Translations under genes and position numbers: made by a program
DNA from: Heteronotia binoei
Taxonomy: Eukaryota
Direction of reading: 5' to 3'
DNA: 64,000 nt
Assembly: GCF_032191835.1 (NCBI RefSeq)
Contig: NC_083238.1
Coordinates: forward strand, 30,752,001 to 30,816,000
Shown: positions 10,669 to 22,641 of the stretch, piece after piece
How the letters are laid out: each line of letters starts with the position of its first letter
Numbering within the stretch: position 1 is the stretch's first letter
Notes under the pieces: generated by a model
What the model saw: only the letters and a program-made list of their open reading frames with translations
The model's database searches: none
Told to the model about the DNA's origin: nothing

Positions 10669-11426
10669 GTCAGTGGCCAGTTCAGCTCCGGCAGTGGGGT
10701 GGGAAAGTCGACGGGGCCTGGGTCGTAAGTGGCTCAGAGTTGGGGAGGCGGTCGACTTGGGGGGCAAGATCGCCCTAGCAGGGTGCTCAAGTCCCCAGGC
10801 GTGCGCGCCGCGTGAGCTGGGGAGGAAATTGGGGAAGGGCACAGCACAGTCAAGTACTGAATTGTTACGGACAGACTTGTGTCCTAAAATGAACTTTCCG
10901 AAAGGCTTTCTAAGTGGCTTCTAGCCTGGAAAGAAGCGCGTCTGTGTAAAATGCCGTGGCCCCCGACGCGCTCCTCCAGATCCAAATTTCCCTGCTCTGC
11001 AAGGATGCGATTCCCTCCCCCAGCTAGAGCCACCATCTCCAAAGTGCTGTTCCAAGTTCATCGGAACAATTCCGGAAAGGCGTGGGGGGGGGGGGGGGGG
11101 AGGATCGGCGACTTGTCTGCAGATCACGGGAGAGCTTGGCACGGGATTCGGGAAGGCGAGGCTACCGGGGCTGCTTGTGGCACGCTGCGGAGGCCGGAGA
11201 GTGGGAGATACTGGCTCGGAGCACATCTCTGCCTGGGCAGACGCAGGCGCCTCTTTTAGGGGAACTTCCCCGCCCACGTGCTCAGCAACTGGTGCTTTGT
11301 GACTAAGTCAACTTTTCGGGCGGAGGGGGGGGGGGACAAATGGGCGGGGAGGGGAGCAGGCGAGCCGGGAAGGCGGCCCAGGCGAGGGTCTCACCAGCAG
11401 TCCCTTTTCCCTCCCGCCCGCTGCAG

Positions 11427-12476
11427 GATCGCACGCCGAGCGCCTCCCCGGACTTGGCCAAGCACTCGCCGCTGGCTCTGTTGGCCGCCACCTGCAGCCG
11501 GATCGGGCAGCCGGGCGCGCCGTCGGACTTCCTGCAGGTTTCCTACGAGCCGAGCCTGGGCTCACCCTCCAGGATCTTCCACCCGTGGAGCAGCGAGATG
11601 CCGGCGCACTCGCCCGGCGCGCCACCGCCGCCCCTGGGGCTCACCCCGCAGCCCTCCTTCGGGGCCGGCCACGAGCTGCCGCTGACGCCGCCGGCAGACC
11701 CGTCCTACCCGTACGAGTTCTCACCCGTCAAGATGCTGCCGCCGCCGCTGCCCTCCGGCTGCCCGCCGCCGCCCTACGTGCCCTACGCCGCCCAAGCGGC
11801 TGCCCTGCCGCCGCCCTACTCCAACCTGCTGCCCCCGCCGCCCGCGCCCCAGCCCTGCAGCCGCCAGCTCTCCCCCGCCACGCCGGCGCCCGACGACCTG
11901 CCCTGGTGGAGCATCCAGCAGGCGGCGCCGGGCGCCTGCGCACACCGCTTCCCGCCAAGCGGCCTGCAACGCGGCCTGGTCTTGGCGCCCTCCGAGCTGG
12001 CCCAGTACCAGACGCAGCTGGCCGCCCTGCTCCACCCCAAGGCGCCCCTGGCGGCCGCGGCCAGGAGGTGCCGCCGGTGCCGCTGCCCCAATTGCCAGGC
12101 GGCGGCCGGCGGCGGGCCCGACGCAGCCCCGGAGCCGGGCAAGAAGAAGCAGCACGTGTGCCACCTGCCCGGCTGCGGCAAGGTGTACGGCAAGACGTCG
12201 CACCTCAAGGCGCACCTGCGCTGGCACACGGGCGAGCGGCCCTTCGTCTGCAACTGGCTCTTCTGCGGCAAGAGCTTCACCCGCTCCGACGAGCTCCAGC
12301 GGCACCTGCGGACTCACACCGGCGAGAAGCGCTTCGGCTGCGGCGAGTGCGGCAAGCGCTTCATGCGCAGCGACCACCTGGCCAAGCACGTCAAGACCCA
12401 CCAGAACAAGAGGCTCAAGGCCGCCGGGGCCCCCCACGCCTGCGCCGTCAAAAGGGAGGAGACGCGGGACCTGTGA
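11427..12476 (+). CDS. SP5: Transcription factor Sp5, coding exon 2
   Basis: Acceptor ...cccgcccgctgcag|GAT. Encodes [10 protein letters not shown], the Sp box [14 protein letters not shown], the Btd box [11 protein letters not shown], three C2H2 fingers ([16 protein letters not shown]) and the C-terminus KREETRDL*. Spliced product is 366 aa. Confidence 0.98.
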   Translation, partial: DRTPSASPDLAKHSPLALLAATCSRIGQPGAPSDFLQVSYEPSLGSPSRIFHPWSSEMPAHSPGAPPPPLGLTPQPSFGAGHELPLTPPADPSYPYEFSPVKMLPPPLPSGCPPPPYVPYAAQAAALPPPYSNLLPPPPAPQPCSRQLSPATPAPDDLPWWSIQQAAPGACAHRFPPSGLQRGLVLAPSELAQYQTQLAALLHPKAPLAAAARRCRRCRCPNCQAAAGGGPDAAPEPGKKKQHVCHLPGCGKVYGKTSHLKAHLRWHTGERPFVCNWLFCGKSFTRSDELQRHLRTHTGEKRFGCGECGKRFMRSDHLAKHVKTHQNKRLKAAGAPHACAVKREETRDL

Positions 12477-13086
12477 CCTCCGGGCGCCCTCCTCCAGCGG
12501 CCTCCCCTCCCTAGGATTGGTTTGCATCCTCGGCATGGCAGCTCTGGAATCCGGGCGGAAAGGAGGGCTTCCTGGTACCCCATCCTTGGCCTGGGAAACA
12601 CAAGCATTGCAAGCACAAACTACCAGGGGGAGCAGTGGAATTTCTGCTTAGGGCACCACTGGAAGGAACCTGGCACATGGGGGCGGTCTTACGGTGGACA
12701 GGATATCTCTCCCTGGGGCAGGTGGAGGGCCCCCTTTGAACAGATCCAACGTAAAGACATCCAGGAAAACCCCCCCCCCCCTTTGGGGGTTTTGTATGCA
12801 TTTGCATCTTAGGAGATCAAGCCTTTGGACCTCTTTTCTATAGGAGAAGATGATGCTTCTTCAAATATACAAGTTAAGTGTTCAAAACTCTAGTCTTTTT
12901 TGAAGTTTGGACCTCAGAACAGATGTGGAAGATGGGCCCAGTGTGGAGCTTGGGGACAAGGGTACCCCCTCTTTTTTGGCTCTGGAATGGACTCCTTACA
13001 TCAGGATTCCCCAAAGGATGAGAGCTACAATGCAGGAGGTTCACAGGGATTGCTTGGACCGACAGACGGGCTAGGTTACTGTATTA

Positions 13087-13314
13087 AATAAAAATGACAG
13101 TATTCTTTGGTTGTGGAGGGTCTGGTTTCTCTCCTTACTGTTGTCATTAATATTGCAATTTTGTCTTTCTCCAGGGAAAACCGTTCACCTTTTTGTGTAC
13201 AGCTTATTTAATAGCCTTGTTTGAATTTTTAAGAACGCTGTCTCTCTTTTTGTCTTTGGCTCCAGCATGAGATGTTTCTGTAAAGCGGACCTTCAATTGC
13301 AGCGGGAAAATAAA
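13087..13314 (+). terminator. Candidate SP5 polyadenylation signals
   Basis: AATAAA at 13087..13092 and 13309..13314. The sequence alone does not show which is used. Confidence 0.5.
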
Positions 13315-14769
13315 TACATTAACACTGGGGTCATAACAGGAAGATCCCACTGAGTCAGTTTTCATTTGATCTTTTCTTCTTTCTTGAAGGCTTTACAAAA
13401 CACCCCTCCATCTGAAGGGGGGGGGTGTCCACTTTTTTAAAGTGTTTCCTTGCCTGACCAAACAACTCTCTTCTTTGTTTGGTGAGCACCCTGATAGTTT
13501 AAACAACAAATCTCATCTCGTGTTCGGTTTCTCAGCTTTTTCATAGCAATGCAAAGTTTACTGAATTTCCCACATTGTTGATGGCGAGTGGAGATTAATT
13601 TCTTGGCTTTGTTATTTTGGGGTTACTCCTTTTACTTAGCAAGGTTGTAACTGTCAACATAAGATGGGAATTGTGCCATCAATTTATCAGTTGTATCACA
13701 AGTTGATAAAATGTTTTTGCCGGGTAAATGAAGTCGACGGATCAAGATTTCTAGCAGGGTCTTGCACCAAAATGGGAAGCAGCTGCAAATTGTATCAGTA
13801 CCTTACATAGAGAATGTGTACATTTTAAAAGTCAAGAAGACTTGCTTCCATGTCATGGGAACTAATTCAACTATGGTAAAGCATTTTAAACTATGCTGAA
13901 GTGGTTAATTTTAAGTTGATCCACACTAAAGTTTAGCTGCCTATATGTTCTATGGTAGAAAAAAGACATGACGCAAGACTTTCTCACCGGTTTCCTGTAT
14001 CTTCTTGATCTCATCTACACTGGTCCATTTTTTAATTGTTCTTTATTGTTTACCCAGTTTTAAATAGGAGAGGATGGAAGAGAGAAAAAGGAGACCTTCT
14101 ACAGACCCCTTATCCTGATGCCAAAGTTCTTTCGTTGTCAATTGTGTTTCTATTTTCTAAATGTTACAAAAGAAGTTGCGCTGAATATTTGCTAAAAGTA
14201 TAAAACACACTAGTAGAAGAGGTCCTTGTACATTTGTGTAAAATGTGAAAACAATTAGAAATTTAATAATCTATAATGGGGGACACTGTCCCAGAATTTC
14301 TAACAAAGTGAACAAAACAAGCTGAGTTTTAAAAACTGTGACAAAATGAATTTTTCCATTCTGATGCACATTTGAAAGCAAGTTCGTCTGATATGCTGAA
14401 GGGGATCTTCGTAGGTTTGGAGTTCTAGTAGAAGCTTCCCATTGAAATAGATATGTGTGACTGTTTAATTTTTAAATTTTAATTCAAGTATTTGATAAAA
14501 CTTTAAATATGAAGCTAAATTCGTATTTTGCTTGAAGCAAAGACTTTCTAGAAGCAATTGTGGCACAATTTAAACAACTGCTGTGTCAGATCTAACGTCT
14601 GAGCATGCATTTAGATTCAGATGTTCACAAAAAACGCCACTGGGGAGATACAGTGATTCTGTGGGTTCTGCAGGAATGTTTTCTGGGATTAATTAATAAC
14701 TGAGTAGATATTAGTTGTATGGTTTATGTTACCTATGGGATAGAATCTTATGACTGGGGAGATTTCCTG

Positions 14770-14960
14770 TAAAGTCACAGCTGATTTATGACAACCCTGT
14801 AGAGTTTTCAAGGAATGAGACATTCAGAGGTGGTCTTTGCCATTGCCTGGCTCTGTGTAGCAACCCAGGTATTACTTGGAGGTCTCCCATTCAAATACTA
14901 ACCAGGGTCAACCCTTCTTAGCTGTCAAGATCTTATGAGATTGGGCTATCCAGATCAGGG
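14770..14960 (-). mobile_element. 5S-derived SINE
   Basis: Same architecture as 2370..2546 (ggtctcccattcaaatactaaccaggg...cttagct...gagattgggctatccagatcaggg). Confidence 0.8.
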
Positions 14961-14980
14961 TATTTTATGACTACAGTATC

Positions 14981-15140
14981 CGGGGCTTTTTTTCTGGAGG
15001 AATGCAGCAGAAAGGAGTTCCAGAACTTCTTAGTGGAAATAATTTTTTTTTTTAAGTTTATGAGGGGCACCTATGTGTTTCTCTTTCATTTCTCTCTTTA
15101 GAGTTCCAGCACCTTTTTTTCCTCAGAAAAAAAAGCCCTG
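14981..15140. mobile_element. hAT-type MITE
   Basis: TIRs cggggcttttttt / aaaaaaagccctg. 8-bp TSD acagtatc / acagtagc. Confidence 0.75.
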
Positions 15141-15519
15141 ACAGTAGCTATAAATTTTATTCTTCATACAGATTGTACAAGATATGTTTAGAACATGGGA
15201 ATATGGCAATATGGTCTGCTTAAGGGGTTGGTAGTAGTTTGGGGGGGGGGGGAATAGATTTTAGAATCATGGAAGAAATAAAATACTGGTAGAGTTAAGA
15301 TGTATCAGTGCAATACTTTCCCTTCCCAAAGTGCTTCAATTTGACATCCTTTTGGATTGTGTTTGCTTTCCAGTTAACTAGTATTGCAAGTTAAATGGGT
15401 CAAGTTTTTAGTCAAAATCTTGTAATACCTCTTATACGGAGCAGGAGTGTGCCATTATTTTATATTGTTTGATACTTTATTAACTTGTTACTTATTAACT
15501 TCAATCATTAACATCTACT

Positions 15520-15705
15520 AACCTAGCTCACTTTTCTCCCCATTGCTTACACTGTCCTCTATTTTATTCTCACAACAGCCCTGTGAGGTAGGCAAGGCTG
15601 GGTCTATGTGACTGGCCCTTGGTCACCCAGCAAGCTTCCATGGCAATGGGGATTCCAAGCTGGATCTCTCAGATCCTGCTTTGACACTAACTACTACACC
15701 ACGGG
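15520..15705 (-). mobile_element. tRNA-derived SINE relic
   Basis: cacaacagccctgtgaggtagg...ggtcacccagcaagcttccatggc...actacaccac motif series, shared with other SINE relics in the window. Confidence 0.65.
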
Positions 15706-15918
15706 TGAACCAGTGCTAAATATCTTAGTATGATGTATTCCTATGCTTAAGATGAGGTTGCAGATGCAGGACTGGCATAATGAGATAACGAGAACCAGGA
15801 AGCAGTAATCTTCATTTGTTATTAGTGGTACCATCCCAAGAATGCTTTCCTGGAAGTAAGCCCCATTGAATAGACTTCAGTAGAACTCTGTGTTGACCAG
15901 GCTATGACTGCTTTCTAG

Positions 15919-16005
15919 CAGTGCTATCCTAAACAGAATTAAACCCTTCTAAGCCCATTGCCTTCAGTGGACTTACAAGGGCATGCTTCTGTTTAGGACT
16001 GCGCT
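15919..16005. repeat. About 87-bp palindromic mini-MITE
   Basis: cagtgctatcctaaacaga...tctgtttaggactgcgct. Related copies at 18346, 21281, 22642 and, degenerate, at 18755, 20416 and 56674. Confidence 0.75.
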
Positions 16006-17497
16006 ATAACTGAATTCTAATTACAGTACTTACAGTACTAGCCAATGATTTTTGGTAAGTGCAATGTGAATGGAGAAGATCAAGCGTCAATTTGGTTTTT
16101 AGTCGAGAGGCAAGAACATAGCTGTTGGCGAAACAACAAAGATCAAGAGAAGCCTGTATAAAAGCTGGCCAGGCGCTCTGCATTTCTGCCTGGATAGCAG
16201 AAACTTCATTAGTTTAGTTGCTGGACTGTTCAGTCCTTTAGCAGTTTAGTCTTTTTGTGCTCAGTACAATGGGATAGTTTGGTGTTCATGACAATGGATT
16301 AGGATATTCTCTTAATGGATGCCTTATTTACATTACTCTGAATTAGTTTCTGGTGGGTAGTTCTTTTGGTCTGTAGCACAGCAGCTCAGTTGGAGTCTAG
16401 TGGTACCTTAGAGAACAATAAGGCTTTCAGGATATAAACTTTCAAGAGTCCGTGCTGAAACAGGGAGTGCAGAATCTCAGAAGCTTATACTCTGAAAATC
16501 TTGTTGGTTTCTAAGGTGTTACTGGACTCAAATCGAGCTGTTCTGTGACTCTAAATTGTTTTAGCCGGGATGAAGTATGTTTCCCTTGGATTTTAAAGGG
16601 TAAATGCTGAACACATGCTGAATTTCCCCTTTGATGGAAATTAGGTTTACAAGGGTCAAACTTTGGCTACAAAATAGTACTTCTTACATAGTTGTTTTCT
16701 CCCCCCCCCCCAAATGCTTAATAGAGGTTTTAGTTCCATATGGGGTTTGAGTTAAATTCTGCATCTTAGAATAGTCTGTTGCCTGCTTGTTTTCACGTTT
16801 CATTCAACCAAAGCTTTATTGTAATATAAACAAAAATCAATATAAACAAACAATCTTCACATGGTATGATTTCTGTGGCTCCAAAATACAGCTCTAGGTC
16901 CAGTATAGTGTTCAAATAATTCTTCCACGTTTTCTATCAGGGAAACATTGGCACTGAATCTCGGAGCATGTGTAAATAATCAAGCTTCAGCAGCTACAGA
17001 GCACAGGTCCATAAATTGCATCCAGTGAAATGAGAACTGATGAAGGAGGCTTTATGTTGACAACATTTATTTGGTTTATTTATTTTATTTATAATCCACC
17101 TTTCTTGCTGAGACTCACCACTGAAATCGACAGCATAAGGCATCCCATAAACACAACAGGACTAGTATTAAAGAAGTAAAAGCAAAGTGATACCTATGAC
17201 AAATACAGTAAGAGACCACAATCCAGTTCTCTTATAAAAGTCTCTTCACAAACTATCCCATGCTACTGCAATTCTAATCCCTTTATGGCAATGATCTGAA
17301 CATTTCTCTTCTGTTGTGTACATTCTGCAAAATGACCTTCTGAAGGAGGCTGTTCCACATGGGGAGGCACCCCAGAAAATGCACATGTAGGAAAGGTTGC
17401 CCTCTTATCTTCCCCAGGAGGCTGGCACCCTTGGAAGGCTCTACTTAGATGGGAGAAGCTCATGTGGTGGAGAATAATAGGAGAGGTGGTTGTGGAG

Positions 17498-17691
17498 CAG
17501 TGTTCCCTCTAAGCTGAGTTAGCATGAGCTAACTCACAAATTTTTAGCCTCTAGCTCACACCTTTTTGCCTTAGTTCAGGAAAAATGGCCCCAGAGCACA
17601 ATAATTTATGCAGTAGCTCACAACTTTAATGCCAGTAGCTCACAAAGTAGAATTTTTGCTCATAAAACTCTGCAGCTTAGAGGGAACATTG
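17498..17691. mobile_element. 194-bp hAT MITE, copy 1
   Basis: TIRs cagtgttccctctaagctg / cagcttagagggaacattg. Degenerate TSD ttgtggag / ttcaggag. Confidence 0.85.
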
Positions 17692-18345
17692 TTCAGGAGG
17701 TATGTGGATCCAGGGCCACGGTGGGCTTTGTAGGCTTCAGTATCCTGCTTTTAAAAAGTGTTCCTGTTTCTTTAGAAGTTTGGGGCAACCTAGAGACACA
17801 TCTCCATAACAGTTAAGTACTTAACGTTCCCCATCTCTGTTCTTATATATCTGCATTTTAGTTCTAGTTTTTTAGTTTGTTTTATATGTTTCAGTTTTTA
17901 GTTGTTTGCCACCTGGGTGGCCCCAATCGGGCTGAAAGGCAGGATGCATTGATGAATCTTCTAAATAACATAAATATGAATACCATGAAACTGAATATCA
18001 TAACTTATGAGAGTACACAGAGTCAGGCTGCCAAGTCTTATTAACTTGAATGGTACTTTGGGTGTGTCTAAGTTTCTTCAAGAGAAGAAAAACCTAGAAG
18101 CATATTTTCTGCTGACTTTTTTAAAAAAAATCATCCAGATTGTAAAATCCTTGCTTCATCTTGATCCAAGGGAAGGAACATTCATACATCATTGGATATA
18201 GATCTGTTGACTTCAGGGTAACAACTTAAATACTTAATTAGGCATAAAACCAAAGAAAGATGGTAGGAAAAAAACAGAAGCAGGTGGAGGCGGGAGAGCT
18301 GGCAAGAAGTCACCAAAACCTGAAATGCACTTATAAGAGCATTCA

Positions 18346-18432
18346 CAGTGCAATCCTAAACAGAGGTATATCTTTCTATGTCTATTGAAGTAATGGGTCT
18401 TCGAAGGGTATAACTCTGTTTAGGATTGCACT
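18346..18432. repeat. About 87-bp palindromic mini-MITE
   Basis: agtgcaatcctaaacagag...ctctgtttaggattgcact forms perfect terminal arms. Confidence 0.8.
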
Positions 18433-20255
18433 TCCAGGCAGGCGTCGTAAATTTTAAGAGCCAGCAACCATAGAAGTTTTCATCAGAGGTAAGTGATAAG
18501 ATAATTTTGACCTCTGTTAAAATATCCATCTTTCAGGATTCTCACTCATGTCTATGTATTCCTTTTTTATTCCTTTCTTTTAAAATGCTTCTCTACCCTA
18601 ACGTTCTCCTGCCAATCAGGAGAATGACATTCCAGAATCTGGTTCTTTGTACTAATTCAATGTTTTTGGCATGACTATAAAGGCAATAACTGCACGCGCT
18701 GCTATAGGGTCAGATGTCAATAACAGCACAGTCCTTAGCCATAAGGAATTAGCAAGACAATTCTAAACAGCAGTTACACTCTTCTGAGTCCATCAAAGTC
18801 AGTGGACATAAAAGGGGGTAATTGCCAAGAAGTAGAACCTCAGTCTTCACTTAAGATGTAGTCTTCCCCCCACCCCGATATTTTCCTTTTGTTGATCTTT
18901 TTCAGAGCAGTTATACTTCTCCTATGAAGATGACAAAATAAGTAAATTACTCGAGAACTGGATCAGGATGTGTTTTGTGAAGGACAGATAATCCTTGCAC
19001 ATTATGCTTTTGATCCTCTTTATTTGTAATTTTATTATTTGGTGAGGGGGAAAAAACACTTCGGAAGTAAGTTATGTTTTGAATATTCACAGTAGACTTA
19101 AAGTGCTTAATGACAGGAGACCGCTAAAGGTGATGTAAGTAATATAAAAGTTTATCACTAATAGCACAGATGATTAAATGCTTCTACTGAATGCAGCAGA
19201 AACATTTAAATAACATTTTATATAGGGACAGCAAGCTCTGTGTTCTTATTTCATGTAATGCTTTTAATAATGTGTCATTATCTTGTCATTTCCTTTTGTC
19301 CATCAGTATCCCAAAATGTCCCATATTTGACACTTCTACTGTTAACATGGCAAACTTTTACAGAATTGAACAAGTAGAGACAGGCAGGCATCTTTTTCCT
19401 TATTCAGTGCTGACTGCTGAAAGTCTCAGCTGCACCCTTTTCTCTATTGCTTACAACAGTGATAGATGGTATATGATCATAATACCATCCACATGGTACT
19501 GAAAACATATGTGTTTATATCGTGTATAAATAACATCTCTTGGGTATTTCTAAGTTGGAACTTTCTGATGAATTAGGGTATTTACACATAAGACTGGTCT
19601 ATAATGTAAATATAAAACCTGTGGGAGCAAGCCTATGAAGGTCAACTCAGAAGTAAGTCTGTAATTCAATGGCCTTTTCTCCTTTAAAAAGTGTAATTAA
19701 GACCACAGCGTTTGTTAGCTAGAATATACATTTATGCCAGGTTACTCCTTAAATTAACATATCCAGTTGTGCTTCTGTAAATGATGTTCCAACATGCTTT
19801 TCAATGTCACTTCTTTTTAGAAAATGTCTATCAGCCATTCTCCAGCACTGTAAGTTGGGTCCGGATCTTCTAATCATGGATCCAAATGTTCCATTCATTG
19901 ACAGAAAGAATCTTCCACTGATAGAAGTCTTTCTGTGAATGGAAAATTCCTCCTTCACTAGAAGGGTATCTGGATCCAACCCAGTGGGTTTAAGCACATC
20001 TAAATCAATCCTGGGTTTTGACCGGAATTAGATCATTTGGGGACAGCTTGTACATTACGTTATGGAGACCTTTGGGAAAAGTCTGTGCAAGATAACGTCT
20101 CTCGCACACTATCCTACTTCTGCTTCCCTGTCATACAGCATGTCTCTGTGCCAGTTCTGTTCCAGAGGAGGTATGGAAGCATGTGCTTGCATGAGAACAT
20201 TCTACATGATATAAGAGCAGGAAGTCGAGGATCTTACTTATACAGGGGTACCAAA

Positions 20256-20337
20256 GTGAAAGTAGTTTTATAATAAAAAGGGTTTCATTCTGATTGTGAA
20301 AGTAGTTTTATAATAAAAAGGGTTTCATTCTGATTGT
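20256..20337. repeat. Exact 40-bp tandem duplication
   Basis: gtgaaagtagttttataataaaaagggtttcattctgatt occurs twice with no mismatch. Confidence 0.95.
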
Positions 20338-21280
20338 TCCTTTTATAAATAGAAAATGGAGGCTGAGAGTGACACTTCCAAGGTCAACTGGTAAATACCC
20401 AATTTTGCTGTATTGGCACAATCCAAAGCAGAATATCACTCTCCTAAGCCCATGGATTTAGAAGAGTAAAGGCATTTGATCGCATTGTAAACCATCTAGG
20501 TCAAATTTCTGCATTATGCCTTGGACCACATTGCCTCAAAACCTGTGTTTTTATGACTGAATAGCAATTATTCTGAAATGCAAACCTAAATCCAAATTTT
20601 TTTAGGATAATAACCGTGTGGTTGTAAATTTCGCTTTCTTTTTTCTCTGTTTCTTTATGCCACAATATATTCATCTGTTCTCAGAGGGCATCACGAGTGA
20701 AGAGAGAAAAATCTCTGTGAAAAAGAAAGAGTCATTGCTGAGCCAGACCGTGGTGCTACATTTTTTACCTTTATATAGGCCATTTCTCAAGGCCTTTTGC
20801 TTCTGTGCTGCAATCACCATAGACTGCTTGCCCTGTCCCTGTTTTGGTAATCACAGAATGCAGTTTCTGCATAATATCTGTTCCTAGTGATATTCTAAGT
20901 TTCCCCTGCATGCAGGAATCCAGTTCTTCTGTTCTTTGAAGGGAAGGGCAGCTCTATTGAGCAATGAAGGGACGAAATGTCTGGAACGAAACATCTGGAA
21001 GGAAAACTTTCTCCAGTAGAACACGGCACTTGATCCCGAAAGATTCTACAAACCCTAATGAAGGGACGGTTTGGGAAAGAGAAGAATAGCAATTTTAGAT
21101 GTTAGCACAGAAAGAGGAAATAGACAGTTGGTTCTCTGTTGGTGTGTTCACACACCAATAATAATGCATTTATTGCACATATAATGCATTTTACATCCGG
21201 ATTTTACTGTGTAAGAATAACAAAAATCTGGATGTAAAACACATTATCTAGTGTAGTGTGAATGCGCCATGAGTCCTTCA

Positions 21281-21367
21281 AGTACAGTTTTAGACAGAGT
21301 TATGCCCTTCTAGGTCTACTGAAGTCAATGGGTTTAAGAAGGTTTCACTCTGCTTAGAGTTGCACTG
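21281..21367. repeat. About 87-bp palindromic mini-MITE (diverged)
   Basis: agtacagttttagacagagttatgcccttct...agaaggtttcactctgcttagagttgcactg. Confidence 0.7.
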
Positions 21368-22641
21368 TTTGGGTCTACTTACTATATTCAAATGTTATCA
21401 ATTACCACAAAATAAAAGTATTTACCGGTAATATTGTACCTGCTTAAACCTATTTAATGGGTTCGAAACAATCCCACTTTGACGATAATATCTACATTCA
21501 TACATTCGACTGGCGAGACTACCAACTTTCTGTATCTGAGGAAGAGTGCCTGCACACAAAAGCTCCTAGCTTGGATAAAATGTTGTTGATCTTAAAGGTG
21601 CCGTGCCACTGGACTCAAACTTTGTTCTGCTTCAGACCAACATAGCTACCCATCTGGATCTACCAACTTTCTTGTTATTGTGCCAGATCTAACATGTTCA
21701 CAAATATATGCATCTTGAAAAGGTGGGGCATAAATGAATTTAACAAATAAATACTATTGTTGAGATTTATACAAATAGGGAACTATGAGAAATTAGAGGT
21801 GGGGGGAAGGAAGCAAGGGAATAAATATTGTTGGCATTCAGCCTTTTCTCAGAAAATATTGCCTGTTAAACAATGGTTTGTTAGTCAAGGTTGCATGGAT
21901 ATTCTATGTGGATTTCCTACTTGGACATCATAATTCATGTAGTTGAAAGGTTTTCAATTATATGCTCAAATCATATCTAAAAAGAAGATACTGTTGTCTT
22001 GGCCAAGATTTCTTGTTCTGATTCTCTATATATTTACTCAGAACTAAGCCCCACTGAGCATGAAGGATTGACTGAAACCTAGTAAATATGCTCAATATTC
22101 ATCCGGACAATTCTACAAATTTCTTTCTGGGATTCTTCTTTTAATTATAGTATCCTCCTCCTCCTGTTTCTTTGATTTGGGAATAAGCTGAACATTCCCA
22201 TGATTCTAATTTGTATGCTGAGTGGCTGAAGTGCCAAATCAGTCTAGAAGGTAGTGGTAGGACTACAATACTTTTTAAGAAAGTTCCCTTAGGGAAACTG
22301 GTGGTTTTTTAAAAAAATAAAAAACTCATCTGAAGGCTGATTTTTCCATCTATAAAACTTGTCAATAATATGAAAACATTACACTTGAATGAACTATTTA
22401 ATACATATTTTCCCAGTCTATAACAAAATCTGGTCCATATATTCACGTTATGTGTGTATGAAAACATTTGAGGACTGGGGCTTTTCAATAAAAGTGAGTT
22501 TCATATAAAGCTGGCAGAAGGGGAGGATTTTACATGTGCGTTTAGATTTTATTTTGTCTTATACCAAATGGGGTATACCCATTTACTAGGGGACTAAATT
22601 TTGACATGCAGGATGGAAGGTATTTCTAATACTATAGTAGT

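Noticed and set aside
11084-11100. G17 run in the SP5 intron as a specific G-quadruplex element
   Set aside because: Long G/C homopolymers are scattered across the whole window (for example 12771, 15241, 27051, 30446), so this one is not distinctive, and homopolymer lengths are error-prone.
11340-11426. First 29 codons of the 378-aa ORF as the SP5 N-terminus
   Set aside because: Intronic. It contains the pyrimidine tract and acceptor, and the true N-terminus is exon 1 at 10618..10668.
11585-12514. 309-aa alternative-frame ORF overlapping SP5 exon 2
   Set aside because: No ATG and low-complexity Arg/Ala/Pro composition. Expected shadow of extreme GC-rich codon usage.
11721-12536. 271-aa antisense ORF and the other short ORFs over the SP5 CpG island
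   Set aside because: Stop-codon depletion in very GC-rich DNA. No recognisable domains or splice support.
20895-21092. Minus-strand ORF/exon with a strong pyrimidine tract at 21055
   Set aside because: No downstream donor or partner exon was found and all frames stop. Kept only as a motif cluster.
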